The notes under the pieces: model-generated | Databases searched by the model: none | The model's input: the letters and a program-made list of their open reading frames with translations, nothing else | What the model was told of the DNA's origin: nothing | From: Podarcis cretensis | Taxonomy: Eukaryota | Direction: 5' to 3' | Length of the DNA stretch: 64,000 nucleotides | Assembly (NCBI GenBank): GCA_951804945.1 | Contig: OX638163.1 | Location: 32,736,001 to 32,800,000 of the forward strand | Position numbers and translations under genes: made by a program | Shown: one piece after another, positions 25,201-60,557 of the stretch | Numbering within the stretch: the first letter of the stretch is position 1 | Layout of the letters: each line of letters starts with the position of its first letter

Positions 25201-28200
25201 GGCCTTCCAGGTGCTGCTTGACTTCCTCTTCCGTCATCCCTAACCATTTGCTTGGACTGATGGGAGTTGGGAGTCCAGCAACATCTGGAGGGCCACAGGT
25301 TTCCTGTCCTTGCCGTAGTGGCAGCTCTGGGCAAGCAGTAGGCAGCAAGAGATGGGTGGCTTTTGGGGTACCTTGTGTCAGAATTCCAGCCATTCTCTGT
25401 GGGAGAAAATAACCTGCTGCTCCTGTGCCTGAGGAAGTTGGCCTCTCCCATCCTGAGAGTGGAGAGAGTGGGGAAATGAGAGGCAGTACAGTGGTACCTT
25501 GGGTTACATATGCTTCAGGTTACATACGCTTCAGGTTACACACTCCGCTAACCCAGAAATAGTGCTTCAAGTTAAGAACTTTGCTTCAGGATAAGAACAG
25601 AAATTGGGCTCCGGCAGTGCGGTAGCAGCAAGAGGCCCCATTAGCCAAAGTGGTGCCTCAGGTTAAGAACAGTTTCAGGTTAAGAACGGACCTCCGGAAC
25701 GAATTGAGTACTTAACCTGAGGTACCACTGTATGTATCTAGGACTGTTTGTATTCTCTGTTTAAATGTGGGAAAGAGGAACCCAGCATTTTTGCGTCCGT
25801 GCAGTCCAGAAGAGTTGAATTTTGTGCCTGCTGAAAGTAGCCTCCCCTCACCTGGTGCCTTCTAGATGCTGCATGATCCCAGCTCCCATCAACCCCAGCC
25901 AGCACTGCTGACAGTCATGAGTAATGGGAGTTGTAGTCTAAAAACAACTGGAGGGCACCACATTGGAGAAGGTAGCTCTAAAGGACAAGGATTGAGCACT
26001 GTGCATGTTCCCTTATTATGCACAACTTATTCCACTGTTTGGGGGGTTTTTTGTCTGTCATTTATTCTACCTTTGCTGATCCTGGGAGGGGCTGATGGGC
26101 TATGCACCCCAACCACTGGAAATCTTACATTCTGACTTCTGAAACATCAGGAGACCCAGCTTACTTGCACTGCCAGATGTTTCTCTGCACCTAAAAAGGC
26201 TAGATGCATGGGGTTTTTCAAAACAGGAGCTGTCATTCTTGCAGAGCTACATTCCTCACCCAGCCTGAGCCTTCTGCACTCCTGCAGCATTGCAGCGTAA
26301 CACAGCCCCATAGTGGTCTCTAAATTTCTATTGGCTTCTGCCAGCTGTTCCTCCAGGCATCTCTATGCTGGGCTTCTTTTGCAGCCCGTGGTTGGGTTGC
26401 TATGGTGATGGCTGTCCAGCAAGTGAACTGGGCACAGGGAAGGCTAGGGAGCAAGGTTGTGTGTGCAGAGTTCTTTGAGCCCGTGGCGCTTCCCCTCACT
26501 CACCTCCCTCTCCCTCTCCATTTCCTGTATCCCTTGTTTCAGAGGGAAAAGATAAAATCGACTGTGACCTTCTGCTCAACCCTCCCGGGAGCTCTGATCA
26601 GGAGGAAGATGAGCAGGACTCGGACCACCTCATGTTTGAGTTCTCCGACAAGCCGCTGCTCCCCTGCTACAACCTGGAAGTGTCTGTCTCCAGGGGGTGA
26701 GTAATGGCGGCGTCCTTGTTGGGAGAGCTTGGGGAGCTTGTGAGAACGGGCCAAATTGTACCACCCCACTACTCCCTGGGAGAAAGAGGAGCCCTGAAGC
26801 CTGAAGGCCAGTGTCATTGGAAGGTGGTGAGCAGGAGGGATGGAAGGACTGGTCTCTTGCAGACAACAGCTTTTGAGAGCCTTGGAGAAAGGATGAGCGA
26901 GACGTGCATTTGCTTGCAAGTCAACTTTCCCTTTCCTTCTCCAGCTCACACAGGCACAGCAAGGTTTTGCCAGCTGCTCAAGGAGGGGAGGGGCATTCAG
27001 AGAGCCTGCTGTGACAAATGAGAGACTGGCAAACCATGACAAAACAACAGGCTTTGTGGTGTTGGTGGTGGGGTACGTGATGCCTATTCTGCATATTAAG
27101 CGTGGAAGTGGTGGGAGCTCCGTGGTTCCAAAAGGACGGGGGTGGGGGCAGGTAGGGTCGTGGCCAAGATCCTGCATCTGCAAAAGCACCATTCCAAACT
27201 GCTGGTGCTGCAGTCGTTACAATGCTGTGACCCAGATAAAGGATGCAAAGGAAGCAAGTCTCAGAATGTCTTGTGCTTTTGCATCATTGGTTCTGATTTT
27301 TATTAGGCAGAAGCTGGGGGAGAGGTGGGGGAGGGCCGCACAGCACAGAGACGAGCTACCCAGAAGTCCCACTACCTGACCCAAGTCCTGCCTCCCCCCT
27401 CCTCTGCCCAGCCAACTGCTGAGATGTCAGTAGGGACAGGCTGCAGTGTATTCAAGCATAATGGGCACCCATGAGGGTTAGAAGCATGATCTTCAAAAAC
27501 AAAGCACTGCCATCCTTTTCACTTACTTGCACCAGGCAGTTGTGACCCTGGGTGATGTGAGGCGGGTGCTAATGACTGGGGAGAGAGGTTGCGTGGAGTT
27601 GCAGCGTGAGCACTTTTTAAATAAAAACACTCGAACAGTGTTTCCCAAACTTGGGTCTCCAGCTGTTTTCAGACCACAACTCACATCATCCCTAGCTAAC
27701 AGGACCAGTGGTCAGGGATGATGGGAATCATAGCCCCAAAACAGCTGCATACCCACGTTTGAGGAAACACGGCACTAGAAGATAGGGCAGTTGCTCTGAG
27801 TACATTAGGGATGGGGAACATGTGGCCCTTCCAGATGTCATTGAGCTCCAACTCCTGTTGGCCCCAGCCAGTTTGGCCAGTGGGAAGAATAATGGCAGTT
27901 GCGATCCAGCAACATATGGGGGGAAAGGGCTTCCGTCAAGATGGGATGGTGTCGCTTATGGGTAGGTTTCAACCCTTGCATTTCAGCTTTTAGAACATTG
28001 ACTGTGGGAGGGTGAGGGTGAAATGGAGAACAGGGGAGGGATGGGCACAGAGAGCATGTCCCTACTGACCACCGCACTTCTCCCCTTTGCCCAGGCCCTG
28101 CAACTGGTTCCTCTTCTCGGATGTGCTGAAGCGGCTGAAGCTCTCGTCCCGCATCTTTCAGGCCCGCTTCCCACACTTCGAGGTGACCACCCTGCCCAAG

Positions 28201-28377
28201 GTGGAGTTCCAGCGCCAGGTGTCGTTGAGCCAGGTGCTGGCCCCGGAAGAAATCCAGGCGCACATGGCGCCCCCCTTGGCTCTGGGCGCTGCAGAGACGG
28301 TGGAGCTGGTGCGCCACGAGCCGGAGCTGGCTCGGCTGCTGGGCTCGGAGGTGATGTTGGAGGCCTGGAGCAGCTGA
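10190..28377 (+). CDS. BCORL1: BCL6 corepressor-like 1, full spliced CDS (13 coding exons, 4473 nt, about 1490 aa)
   Basis: Exons 10190-10275, 12639-12729, 13289-15700, 16633-16771, 17650-17730, 18169-18576, 20779-20999, 21845-22051, 22156-22322, 23513-23658, 24733-24810, 26543-26696, 28095-28377 join in frame; [15 protein letters not shown]-terminus, PLDLS CtBP motif, ankyrin repeats, C-terminal PUFD domain. Confidence 0.96.
12639..12729 (+). CDS. BCORL1: BCORL1 coding exon 2 (RAPLSDEE...SSFSK)
   Basis: cag| acceptor, AAG|gtaagg donor, 91 nt, phase fits. Confidence 0.93.
12944..13125 (+). mobile_element. Squam3-like tRNA-derived SINE (relatives at about 7700-7842 -, 23160-23320 -, 37950-38125 -, 48181-48370 -, 53785-53960 +)
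   Basis: GGTAGAGCA.CTGCTTTGCATG head, CCTGAGACCCTG.AGCTGCTGCCAGTC...ACAGTACTGGGCTAGATGG body. Confidence 0.65.
13289..15700 (+). CDS. BCORL1: BCORL1 large coding exon 3 (804 codons; PLDLS at 14252-14266)
   Basis: ORF 13280-15718; [42 protein letters not shown] motifs; AAG|gtgagt donor. Confidence 0.96.
16254..16277. repeat. (AC)n microsatellite
   Basis: Directly visible. Confidence 0.9.
16633..16771 (+). CDS. BCORL1: BCORL1 coding exon 4 (WRKYHSS...HSCEE)
   Basis: ccacag| acceptor, G|gtacag donor, phase 0 to 1. Confidence 0.82.
17650..17730 (+). CDS. BCORL1: BCORL1 coding exon 5 ([24 protein letters not shown])
   Basis: 81 nt, ctcag| and G|gtgagt; conserved [10 protein letters not shown]. 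Confidence 0.92.
18169..18576 (+). CDS. BCORL1: BCORL1 coding exon 6 (acidic tract, [12 protein letters not shown]-like, KYQTGEYL)
   Basis: tgtag| acceptor, G|gtagcg donor, frame of ORF 18174-18677. Confidence 0.9.
20108..20465 (+). mobile_element. Sauria SINE, full length
   Basis: tRNA-like head (GGTTCGAATCC B box), (ACCTTT)n tail, flanking TSD AGGGAAATA. Confidence 0.88.
20779..20999 (+). CDS. BCORL1: BCORL1 coding exon 7 (...[13 protein letters not shown]...)
   Basis: ttgcag| acceptor, AAG|gtacag donor; conserved [12 protein letters not shown]. Confidence 0.9.
21845..22051 (+). CDS. BCORL1: BCORL1 coding exon 8 ([27 protein letters not shown])
   Basis: aag| acceptor, AAG|gtgggt donor; start of ankyrin region. 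Confidence 0.93.
22156..22322 (+). CDS. BCORL1: BCORL1 coding exon 9, ankyrin repeats; ends at a GC donor
   Basis: DVVMYCLQK...[11 protein letters not shown]...SAQDGTR; AG|gcaagt. Confidence 0.93.
23513..23658 (+). CDS. BCORL1: BCORL1 coding exon 10, ankyrin ([12 protein letters not shown]...[15 protein letters not shown])
   Basis: ggcag| acceptor, G|gtaggt donor. Confidence 0.93.
24078..24215. mobile_element. hAT-type MITE (about 138 bp hairpin)
   Basis: TIR CAGGGTTT(T/C)CCAAACT; perfect 8-bp TSD CTTTAATC (24070-24077 and 24216-24223). Confidence 0.88.
24733..24810 (+). CDS. BCORL1: BCORL1 coding exon 11 ([23 protein letters not shown])
   Basis: 78 nt, ttgcag| and G|gtgagt. Confidence 0.92.
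25489..25730. mobile_element. Tc1/mariner (Tigger-like) MITE
   Basis: TIR CAGTGGTACCT...AGGTACCACTG flanked by TA on both sides. Confidence 0.85.
26543..26696 (+). CDS. BCORL1: BCORL1 coding exon 12 ([14 protein letters not shown]...[14 protein letters not shown]), PUFD start
   Basis: ttcag| acceptor, GG|gtgagt donor. Confidence 0.92.
27636..27772. mobile_element. hAT-type MITE
   Basis: Same family; TSD CACTCGAA/CACTAGAA. Confidence 0.82.
28095..28377 (+). CDS. BCORL1: BCORL1 last coding exon, PUFD domain ([29 protein letters not shown]...), TGA stop
   Basis: cccag| acceptor; stop at 28375-28377. Confidence 0.95.
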
Positions 28378-28948
28378 CGGGGGGCTGGGCATTCCCCTCT
28401 GTCGGCGTCGGACTGCACTGCGAGGCAATAATCTGGACCAAGGAGAGAAGGTGGCCTTCTCGCGGGCAGGGCTTCTGTCTGCCTGGTCCTCCCTGACGAA
28501 CTGCAACGGGTGCTCACCGCCTGCCCTCCTACCTTCCCACCCACCCCGGGGGTAGGAAGCTGCCGTCCCCTGTGCCCTGGACTCTGCACTCGTTCACCTG
28601 CTGCAGAGCCTCGGTGGTTCGGAAGCCTCTCCATGGAACTGCATCTCTTTCCCCACCCCCAAGCTCTACCAGAGTATTTATTTAAATTAGTATTTAATTT
28701 GTGGTGTTCTTTTTCTTTTTTGTTCTTGCTAAGTCTGTATCACTGTGATTCGGGGGAGGGGGGGGAGTGGAGAGACAGGGGACAACTTCCTGCAGCCACC
28801 ATCGCCTCTGGGATTCCCCTGAGGGACTAAGCTGGGGATTCCTTTCTCTATTTCCTCCACGAAATAGCGAGAGGGAGGCTATTGTTTCTTCTCTCCTCTC
28901 TGTTTTAGAGACACCCAGCTACAGTAGGAGCCAACCTTCAGCCTCCAC

Positions 28949-28954
28949 AATAAA
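28949..28954 (+). terminator. Candidate BCORL1 polyadenylation signal AATAAA (3' UTR may extend further)
   Basis: First AATAAA seen after the stop; AU-rich tract at about 28675-28700 upstream. Confidence 0.35.
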
Positions 28955-31849
28955 ATATTTGAGGGGCCGGGGCCCCCCAGAGTTGAGGAGCATAACCATT
29001 CAGATGGTGTGCGGTCATCAGGTCTTGTGAGCAGCTAAGCAAGGCGACACCTTCCCCCCCCCCCAGTACTTTATTCAAGCTAGCACCCCTGGTTGGGTGC
29101 ATTTCCCTCCCTGCCCTTTTTATCATATTATTTAGTTTCTGATGTCCAGCCAGCCACTTTTCGAAACAGAATTATTATACAGCCAAAGGCACCTGGTGGT
29201 CTCAGCTATTTTATTTGCCCCCCACTCCCTCTTTATAATTTCATCCTTGTTCAATCAGTTCTGCGGGCAAGGCAGTATGGTCTTCAATGGGGTGGGGGCA
29301 GCAGAGAGAGAGAGAGAGAGAAAGAGGATCATTTGGAGGGTAGGGGGTGGGGGTGTGTGGTACAGTTTTATTGTACAGGTGCTAACAAGGACTGGACAAT
29401 CTCTTATTATTTTGGCTCTTCCCCTGCTCTGGGGAAGTTGTTTTGGGTGGTGACATTTTTGTTCTTTTGTGTTGTGTTTTTTCCCCCTTCCCACTCGGGG
29501 AGCTGCATTTCCTTGCACAGCCCCAAAATCAGTTTTGCAAGCAGGCTGCCTCTACTGGCCCCCTTCCTTGGAAAAAGCAAACAGCGTTCCCTTCTCTCCG
29601 CCCCCATTTCTCTTTTCCACCAAGGCTTTGGGCCTTTGGGGCGTGTGCTGCAGCTGCTGCTTTTTCTTCTTCTTCTGATTTGTTTTAAGCAACGCTTTGG
29701 TGTCAAAAACACTTATGTACAGAAAAACCTGCATCAGGGCCTCAGTCTCCTGCCTCGTCTTTTGGGTCTGGCCTCTCTTACTTCTGAAGCCTGGTGGGCA
29801 GGGCGGGGGTGGGGGGAAGCAGCCCCATCACAGAAGCACTTCTTCTCCGAGGGGAAAATAAGTGTTATCTATATGCCATAATGGCAGCCTCTTCCACCCA
29901 TTTTTGGCAGTGAGCTGTGCAAACCAAAGAAGGCTGTTAACAACTTCCACTTGATGCTTACCTGTACAACAACAGTTGACTTTTGAAAACAGTTTCTTGC
30001 CATCCCTCCCAGGACAAAGCAAGCTGTTGCTGGTTGGGGGAAGAGAGCGCTGGGCTCTTAGTCCCAGTACGGGCCAGTAAACCAAGATCAGCAAGGAAGG
30101 GAGATGGATTTTGGCACCGATACTGCTGTCCATCACCTAAACTGTTGAACACGAAGGCGTCTTGCAGGACAGTTTTAATTTGAGAGCCTGCATTGTGTTT
30201 CTCAAAGGTGCATCATTTAAGCGACTTGCATTTTCCTGACTGGAATTCCCGTCCACTCACCCCTCAGCTAAAGCTGCTGTGATTCCAGTTGTGTAAAACG
30301 GGGTGTGAGGAAGTTGAAAGGGTCAGCCTCCACATACACTTTCTCTCCCAGCTCTATCGGAACCCAATGTTCTAATTTCCTTAAAGGAGGCAAGTGCTCT
30401 GTTCACACAGCTGGTTTTTTAGGACTTAGCCCCCTTTGTCGCCTCTTTAAACCAGGAGTGGGGAACGTGTGGCCCTTCAGAAGTTGGGGAAACTCGGAAC
30501 ACCCCAGCCAGCATGGGCAATGGCCAAGGACTCTTGAGAGTCACAGGTTCCCTATACTCACTTTAAACAGTACCAGAGTATAATTATCCGTTGCAGAAAA
30601 GTCTTAAGGCACTTTGCTGGGTTATCCCTCATACCATTCAGCTAAGGTGGGATTTGCTGCAGCAGCATCCTGTGTTTGCAAAAGTCTTCCCGGTGAGTGC
30701 TGCGCAAAGGGAAGGACTAGCTGCAGGGGGGCGAGCGGGGGTGGTCTGTTCAACGTGGAAGGTTTTGCCCAGGGACAGGAAACCTGTGGCCCTTTGGTTG
30801 CTGTGGGTGGACTTCAACTCCAAGCACTTTCAGCCAACTTACCCAATGGTCAGGGATGAAGGGAGTTTAAGTCTCAGCAGCAGCTAAGGTGGCCACAGGT
30901 GTTTCCTATCTCCGATCAGCTCCATCATAATTTAGCTGTACACAAGGTTTCTGTTATTCCTGAGAGGAGGATTGGTTTGAAAAAATCTGTTCTCCCTAGC
31001 TGGGATTATCTCCCACTTTGTGGGAGTAACTCAGCAGTTAGGTTGGCTTTCTAGTCAGGAGTGTTATGTGGCACTGTTGCCTCGTTTCCCAGAGTCTGCT
31101 GGCACGGGCAAAGAATTGAGGGTGGGAAGTCAAGGCACTCCTTTGATGCAGGTATTGGGCAGAAGGCAATGCCTGGAGGAGAGAAGATGCTGCTCCAAAC
31201 TGAACTGGGATGCACACACACTCCTTGTTGGGCACAGCTGTAGCTCCCAAGGGACAAATCTTGCCGTTTAATCTAGAAAAGCATCTATTGGCTATTCACT
31301 GGAACAAGGAGGCATGGTCCCTACTCTGTAAGGCAGGGATAGGAAACTTGTAACCTGGCCATACTGCCCAGGGCTGATAGCAGCCGGGAGTCCAACATAT
31401 GGCCAGTCACAGGTCCCCCATTTCTGTTGGAAGAAAGGATATGCATGCCAGATGAAAAACTACCCAGTAACCTAATCATGGATGTGAGCCTCATTTAAAT
31501 TTCTCCCTCCTAACTGCTTGGGATCCAAGCTGGGGCCTAGCATGAAGCTGTAGCTAATTATTATTATATGGTAGACTAGAATCCCCCAATTGTTTCCCAT
31601 ACAGAGCAGCTGACTGGATTGAGTGGCTGCAAGGGTTGAGAGGGAATTCAAGGACGTCATGTGCCACCAGCAATGTGGAAGGAGGACACAAGATAAACCA
31701 CTCCCCATGCCCCGTATCAGCCAATGAACTGCAAGGGAGAACACTGGTGTGTGACAGGCTCAAAGAGGGCATGGCTTGTCCTCAGTGGTCAGTCTTCAGT
31801 ATATGACAGCAAACTATATATCTAGAGTCGGCTAAAAACAGGCCCTTGG

Positions 31850-33400
31850 GCAGCTGCAGTAGTTTGCCTGAGCTCATGAAAATCCTTCACATCGTGTGGA
31901 ACATTTCAAAACAAGGGTGTTGAACAGCAGGAGCTTAAGTGTAATCTTAAGAACTGAAATGTGAAATTGCTGATTGGCTGCCAGAAATATGCAACACCCT
32001 AAGATCAGCCTCTGTGCTTGAGGTCCTAAAGGTAACACCAATTTTTTTTAAAAGGTAATTGGGGAGCTGCCATGAAATTACAGGCCAGTTAGCTTAACAT
32101 TTCTACTGGAAAAGCTATTGCAGAGTATTATTAAAGGTAGAATTACCAAGTGTACAAAAGAAAGAGCCTTGCTGAAAAATAACTAGCACAGTGTGTATGT
32201 CTTGCCTCCCATACCAGTTATTTTAAGAGCGTCAATACGTATATCTGCAGAGGTGCTGTGGTAGATACTGTATTTTCAAAATGTTTTCATACAGTTCCTC
32301 ACCAAAGACTAATGAGTAAGCTTAGCAGTGATGAAATAAAGAGGATAAGGTCTTATGGATCAGCAGCTGGTCAACAATCAGCAAGCAAAGGGTAAGAATA
32401 AATGGGCTGTTCTCACAATGGAAGGCTGTAAATAGGGCCCCCCTAGGATCAGTACTGGGACTTGAGCTTTGAACTATTATACTAATAACCTGGAGTTAGG
32501 GATGAACAGGAAGATGGCCAAGTTTACAAATGGCACCAAATTGATCAGGGTGGCAAGAACACAAAGGATGTTTCCAAACTGGGTGAATGGGCATTCAAAT
32601 GGCAAATGCTATTCAATGTAAATAAGTGCAAAGTGATGTCCATTGAGGCAAAAAATCCTGGCTTCAACTACGCTTAAAGGGGCCTGAACTAGTGATAGAC
32701 TGACCAGGAAAAAGGTATTGGAGACATTCAATGGAAGCATCATCCAGTGTGCCACTGCTGTGGAAGTGAATACCATCTTATGGACCATTAAGAAAGGGAT
32801 TGAAAACAACTGTCAGTATTGCAACACTACTATACAAATCTGTGGCAATACTGCACTTTGAATACTCTGTCCAGATCTGGTCACTGTCCCAATGTAAGAA
32901 ATACATTGTAGAACTGGAAAAAGGTTCAGAAAAAGGCAAGCAAAACGATCATGGGACAGGAACAAATCCCCTCTAACGAAAGGATACATTTGTAATGCTG
33001 GAAAAAAGTGTGTGTGTGTAGGAATGTGCATACAATTTTATGCAGGATGTAAAGAAAGCAGGTAGGCATTTTCTCTCTTCTGATACTAGAACTGGGTCAT
33101 CCAATGGAACTTAGAAGATTCAACATACAAATGTATGTATGCACCACATACTGAAACCATGAGATGTGCTACCACACAATGCAGGCATGGCTATGAATCT
33201 GGGTAGCTTTAAAAGGGGTTCAGGTTGAGGATAAGACTTTGAATAGCTACAAGTACTCATTACTGTACTACTGCCAGTATTGGGGGCAATATGTGTCCAA
33301 ATAACACTTGCTAGGAATCAAAAGTTGGGGAAAGCATGGGCTTCCCAAGGCCACCGTGAGAATGCTAGAGGAGATGGTCTTTGGGGCATCTTACCATTTA
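31850..33400 (+). mobile_element. Degenerate CR1 LINE fragment (ORF2 reverse transcriptase and 3' end)
   Basis: Broken frames resembling VTPIFKKG, NYRPVSLT, G.P.GSVLG, KF..TKL and WQMLFNVNKCKVM; many stops and frameshifts. Confidence 0.8.
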
Positions 33401-35167
33401 AGGCAGACATGGCCAAACATGGCCCTCCAGCTGTTTTGGGACTACAACTCCCATCATCCCTGACCATTGGTCCTGTTAGGTATGGCTGATTTAAGGCAAC
33501 TGCGTCATTTAAGTCTCCACTGTAATAGCCTAGGGCAGAGGAGTCCTCTTTCCCTGATTGCTTCATCCCATCCAGGTGCAATTCTAGCTGGATCAGGGTG
33601 TAAAGCAGATCAGGATCTATGGTAATTCACTGGGTGTCTTGCTGTAGAACAGAAAGGCTCTCTCATACCCAATTGCTTTAACAATAGCAATGGCATCCTC
33701 CCCTCCAAAAAAATTAGGCAGCTGAAATGAAGAAAGCTTGGAGGAAAACCAGGAGTGTATTTTGGAATGAAAAGGGCTCTGAAGCCTGGGCCCCTGTCGT
33801 TCTTCAACTCCAGGCCTCTAAATCAAGGGTGGCTAGGTTAATGCTCTCCAGCTACTGCTGAACTGCAACTTCCATCAGCAGCACCAGTGGTCCAGGATGA
33901 TTCAATTTGGGAGCACATATTAGCCACTTGTGCTCTAAATCAGTTTCTGAGAGAGACAGAGGAAAGGAAAGGAAAGGAAGAACTGCAGCTTCCACAGTTA
34001 GCTCTACCATAAATCATGAGAGAGAAATCCATAGCTCTCTGGCTGTTGTTCCCTGACCACTAACTATGCTATCTGTGGCCTGATGGGTATGAAGTCCAGC
34101 AACTGGTTCCCCAGCCCTGCCAGCCATCAAACCCACTAGTAGACACTTCCTTCTGCACAGTACCACCTGCACGTTTGAGTCAGGAATCAGCTGAAATCCA
34201 AAGTGGCAGGAAGTCAGTCATAAACACCAGGTATTGTTTCCCCAATATAATATATCCTCTTTTAATGGTGGTTATTAAGTAACAGGTTACACCTGCTCGC
34301 TTCGGCACCAAAGTTCTCCAGATTACTTCACCCTGTTTTGCAGTGCTAGAAGATAGATTCAACACCAATTTACTTGGCAGTTTATCTGGCAAGGGAAGCT
34401 TTTGTTGCATGCCATCAACAGCAAAACCAAACCTGCTCCTTGTATTTGGGGGGGGGGGGGTGTGTGTCAAGAAAAGGAACATGAAAACCCTCAGCCTGAA
34501 AATAACTCCTTTTGTCTCTGCTCAAGAAGCTCCCCTTCAGCTTTTGAGAAGAGAAGGTGTTACTCTCTTGCTGTTACGAAGGCAAAGGGATTTCCCTGAG
34601 TCTCTCCAGTGTTCATTCTCTCAAGCCTCCCCTACAGCCAGAGGGGCAGAGGGGAAGCAAACATGGGCAGAAAGCCAGGAGGAGGATGGTTGAAGCCAGG
34701 GATGAGGAACCAGAAGCTCTCTAGATGTTACCAACTCTGATCATCTCTTACCATTGGCCATGCTGGCTGAGGCTGATGGGAGTTGGAATCCAACATCGTA
34801 TGCAGGACCAGAAGTTTACCATACTGTTGCAGCTGGGCTCTGAAGCTCCTGATTTTCACTCCCACCCAGCACAGTTGTTCCCCCTCAAAGGCTGATGTCA
34901 GAAAGGAGTAGCTTGTTTTACACCGTGACTGCCCGACCTTAACCTTCACATGACCATTGCTCAGTGCTTTTCCCCCAGGGGGTACTCAAGGGTATGCAGT
35001 ACCAGCACCTCATTTTTTGTTGTTTAAAAATTGTGGCACTTATTGTAACAACTTCATGGTGAGTACCAACACCTATTTCTCTAGAAAGAAAGAAAAGCAT
35101 TTCCAGTGTCCAATCAGCAGCAGGGAGGTTACCAGGAAACAGGCCACGATTGCTATTTAGAATCCGG

Positions 35168-35173
35168 TTTAAT
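35168..35173 (-). terminator. Candidate AIFM1 polyadenylation signal ATTAAA
   Basis: ATTAAA on - about 180 nt after the stop, followed by a GT-rich downstream stretch. Confidence 0.5.
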
Positions 35174-35354
35174 TCATGGTGCAAAGAGAGCCCAAGTCTT
35201 GGGCCATTACAAACATTCACAAATATTCACACACACTCTGGTGGGCAGGACAGGGAGGGGGCACACAAGCAGACAAGCCCACTCAGCCTGGTGCCTAGGC
35301 CTTCATCTCTCGAGTTTCCAAATGCATTCCAGACCAAGGATTTGGGCGAGACAC

Positions 35355-58833
<23,479 letters not shown>

Positions 58834-59054
58834 GATGGCGGCGGCAACGGGCACCGACCCGATTCAGGTCCGATCCCGGTCTCCACGTCTACTGACAGAA
58901 AGACGCCCGCGGAACGCCGGTCTCCCTGCGCACGCGTGTCCCTTGTCAGCGCGCGCTGCCGCTCTAGGAACGGGGGCGCTGTGACTCTACGGCCAGGGGG
59001 GAGGAGCGCCTGGGGAGGGGCGTGGCCTCCTTGTCCTCCCGGCGTGCGGCGGTC

Positions 59055-59301
59055 ATGCTGCTGCTGCTGCTCCGCTCCCTCGCCGCGCGCCGCCTGCCCC
59101 GCGCTGCTCTCCTCCCCGGGCAGGGCTCGCGGAGGGGCTGCCACGCCTCGGACCGGAGCGGCCGGCCGCTGCTGCTCACCACGCCCATCTTCTACGTGAA
59201 CGGCCCGCCGCACATCGGGCACCTGTACTCTGCGCTGCTAGCTGATGCGCTGCACCGGCACCGGGAGCTGCAGGGCCGCGGAAGAGGGCGCTTTACCACG
59301 G
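59055..59301 (+). CDS. MARS2: MARS2 exon 1, mitochondrial methionyl-tRNA synthetase (presequence + [15 protein letters not shown])
   Basis: Class I aaRS HIGH motif in MetRS context, Arg/Leu-rich presequence, G|gtcagt donor. Confidence 0.92.
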
Positions 59302-59423
59302 GTCAGTGAGAGGACTGGCAGAGGGGGTTGTGTGAATGGGTGGTGGGTTTTCTTCTCGTGTCAAAGGCTGCTAGATGCTGCTGATCGGTGGAGGCTTTTC
59401 CTTGAGCGTTCTTTAAAGCGGCG

Positions 59424-59458
59424 GTTGTTGTTGTTGTTGTTGTTGTCGTTGTCGTCGT
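59424..59458. repeat. (GTT)n/(GTC)n microsatellite
   Basis: Directly visible in MARS2 intron 1. Confidence 0.85.
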
Positions 59459-59904
59459 GTTCGTCTCCCTTGTGCGGAGAAGACAGTCCCTCAAACTCAC
59501 AATCTTTTCTGCGGGGAGATGGGAGTTTCAATGAAGCACGTGTGCATGCAAGTGTGCGGAACCAGCCAACTCGCGAGGGAAGGTGAGGCAGTCGCTTTGT
59601 GGGCAGGATCCACAGGGGCAGCAGATCCGGCCTCCCAGACAGTAATGCATCACCTGCTGCTGCAGTGGCAGCAACAGCTGTGACACACTCCTTACCCACC
59701 CACCTAGCTGCCAGATGCTCTTGGGCTGCAGCTCTCATTAGTCTCAGCCAGAATTGCCAGCAGTGATGATAGATGGATGCTGTAGTCCAACAACATATTT
59801 TTTTTGGGGGGGGGGTCTTTTTCCTTTAATATAACCAGTTTTCTCCATTTTTCCAGCCCTAAGAACATCAGATCAGCTGGATCACATTAGAAGTCTGTCT
59901 AGTG

Positions 59905-60040
59905 CAGTGTTTCCCAACCTTGGGCCTCCAGCTGTTTTTGGACTACAATTCCCATCATCCCTTGCCACTGGTCTTGCTAGTCAGGGATGATGGGAGTTGT
60001 AGTTCAAAAACAGCTGGAGGCCCAAGGTTGGGAAACACTG
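59905..60040. mobile_element. hAT-type MITE, young copy
   Basis: Perfect TIR of about 36 bp (CAGTGTTTCCCAACCTTGGGCCTCCAGCTGTTTTTG); 8-bp TSD GTCTAGTG. Confidence 0.9.
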
Positions 60041-60222
60041 GTCTAGTGCAGCCTTCCAACCTTGGCTACCCAGATGTTGGTTAGCTGCAGTTCCCATCTC
60101 CTTGATCATTGGTCAGGCTGCCTGGGGATGATGAGAGTTGTAGCCCAACAACATCTGGAGGCCCACAGATACCAGGTCTGTTGGATTCTTAACTCTTTGC
60201 ACTCTCCTATTTCTCTGCACAG

Positions 60223-60557
60223 GAACTGATGAACATGGTCTGAAGATCCAGATGACAGCAGCAGCTGCAGGCAGTTCCCCTGAACCGTTCTGTGACTGTA
60301 TGTCAGCTAAGTTTCAGGAACTCTTCAACCAGGCGGGCATCTCTTATACAGACTTCATCCGTACCACAGAACCTCGGCACAAACGGGCTGTAGAGCACTT
60401 CTGGGCTTCTCTGCAGGACCAGGGCTGGCTCTACCAGGCCCACTATGAAGGCTGGTACTGTACTGCTGAAGAAACCTTCTTGGCTGCTTCCCAGGTCACT
60501 GAGCGTCCTGATGCTCATGGCAACAGGCACATGGTCTCGCTTGAGAGTGGCCACCAG
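60223..60557 (+). CDS. MARS2: MARS2 exon 2 (GTDEHGLKIQ...YTDFIRTTEPRH...YEGWYC...SLESGHQ); gene continues beyond the window
   Basis: gcacag| acceptor, CAG|gtaatg donor; MetRS GTDEHG and FIRTT motifs; joins exon 1 in frame. Confidence 0.93.

Noticed and set aside
27838-28634. Antisense and alternate-frame ORFs over BCORL1 exons (also 13187-15624)
   Set aside because: Shadow ORFs of GC-rich coding sequence.
29093-29881. 262-aa ORF after BCORL1
   Set aside because: TTG start, crosses (GA)n and T-rich tracts in the 3' UTR region; no domain.
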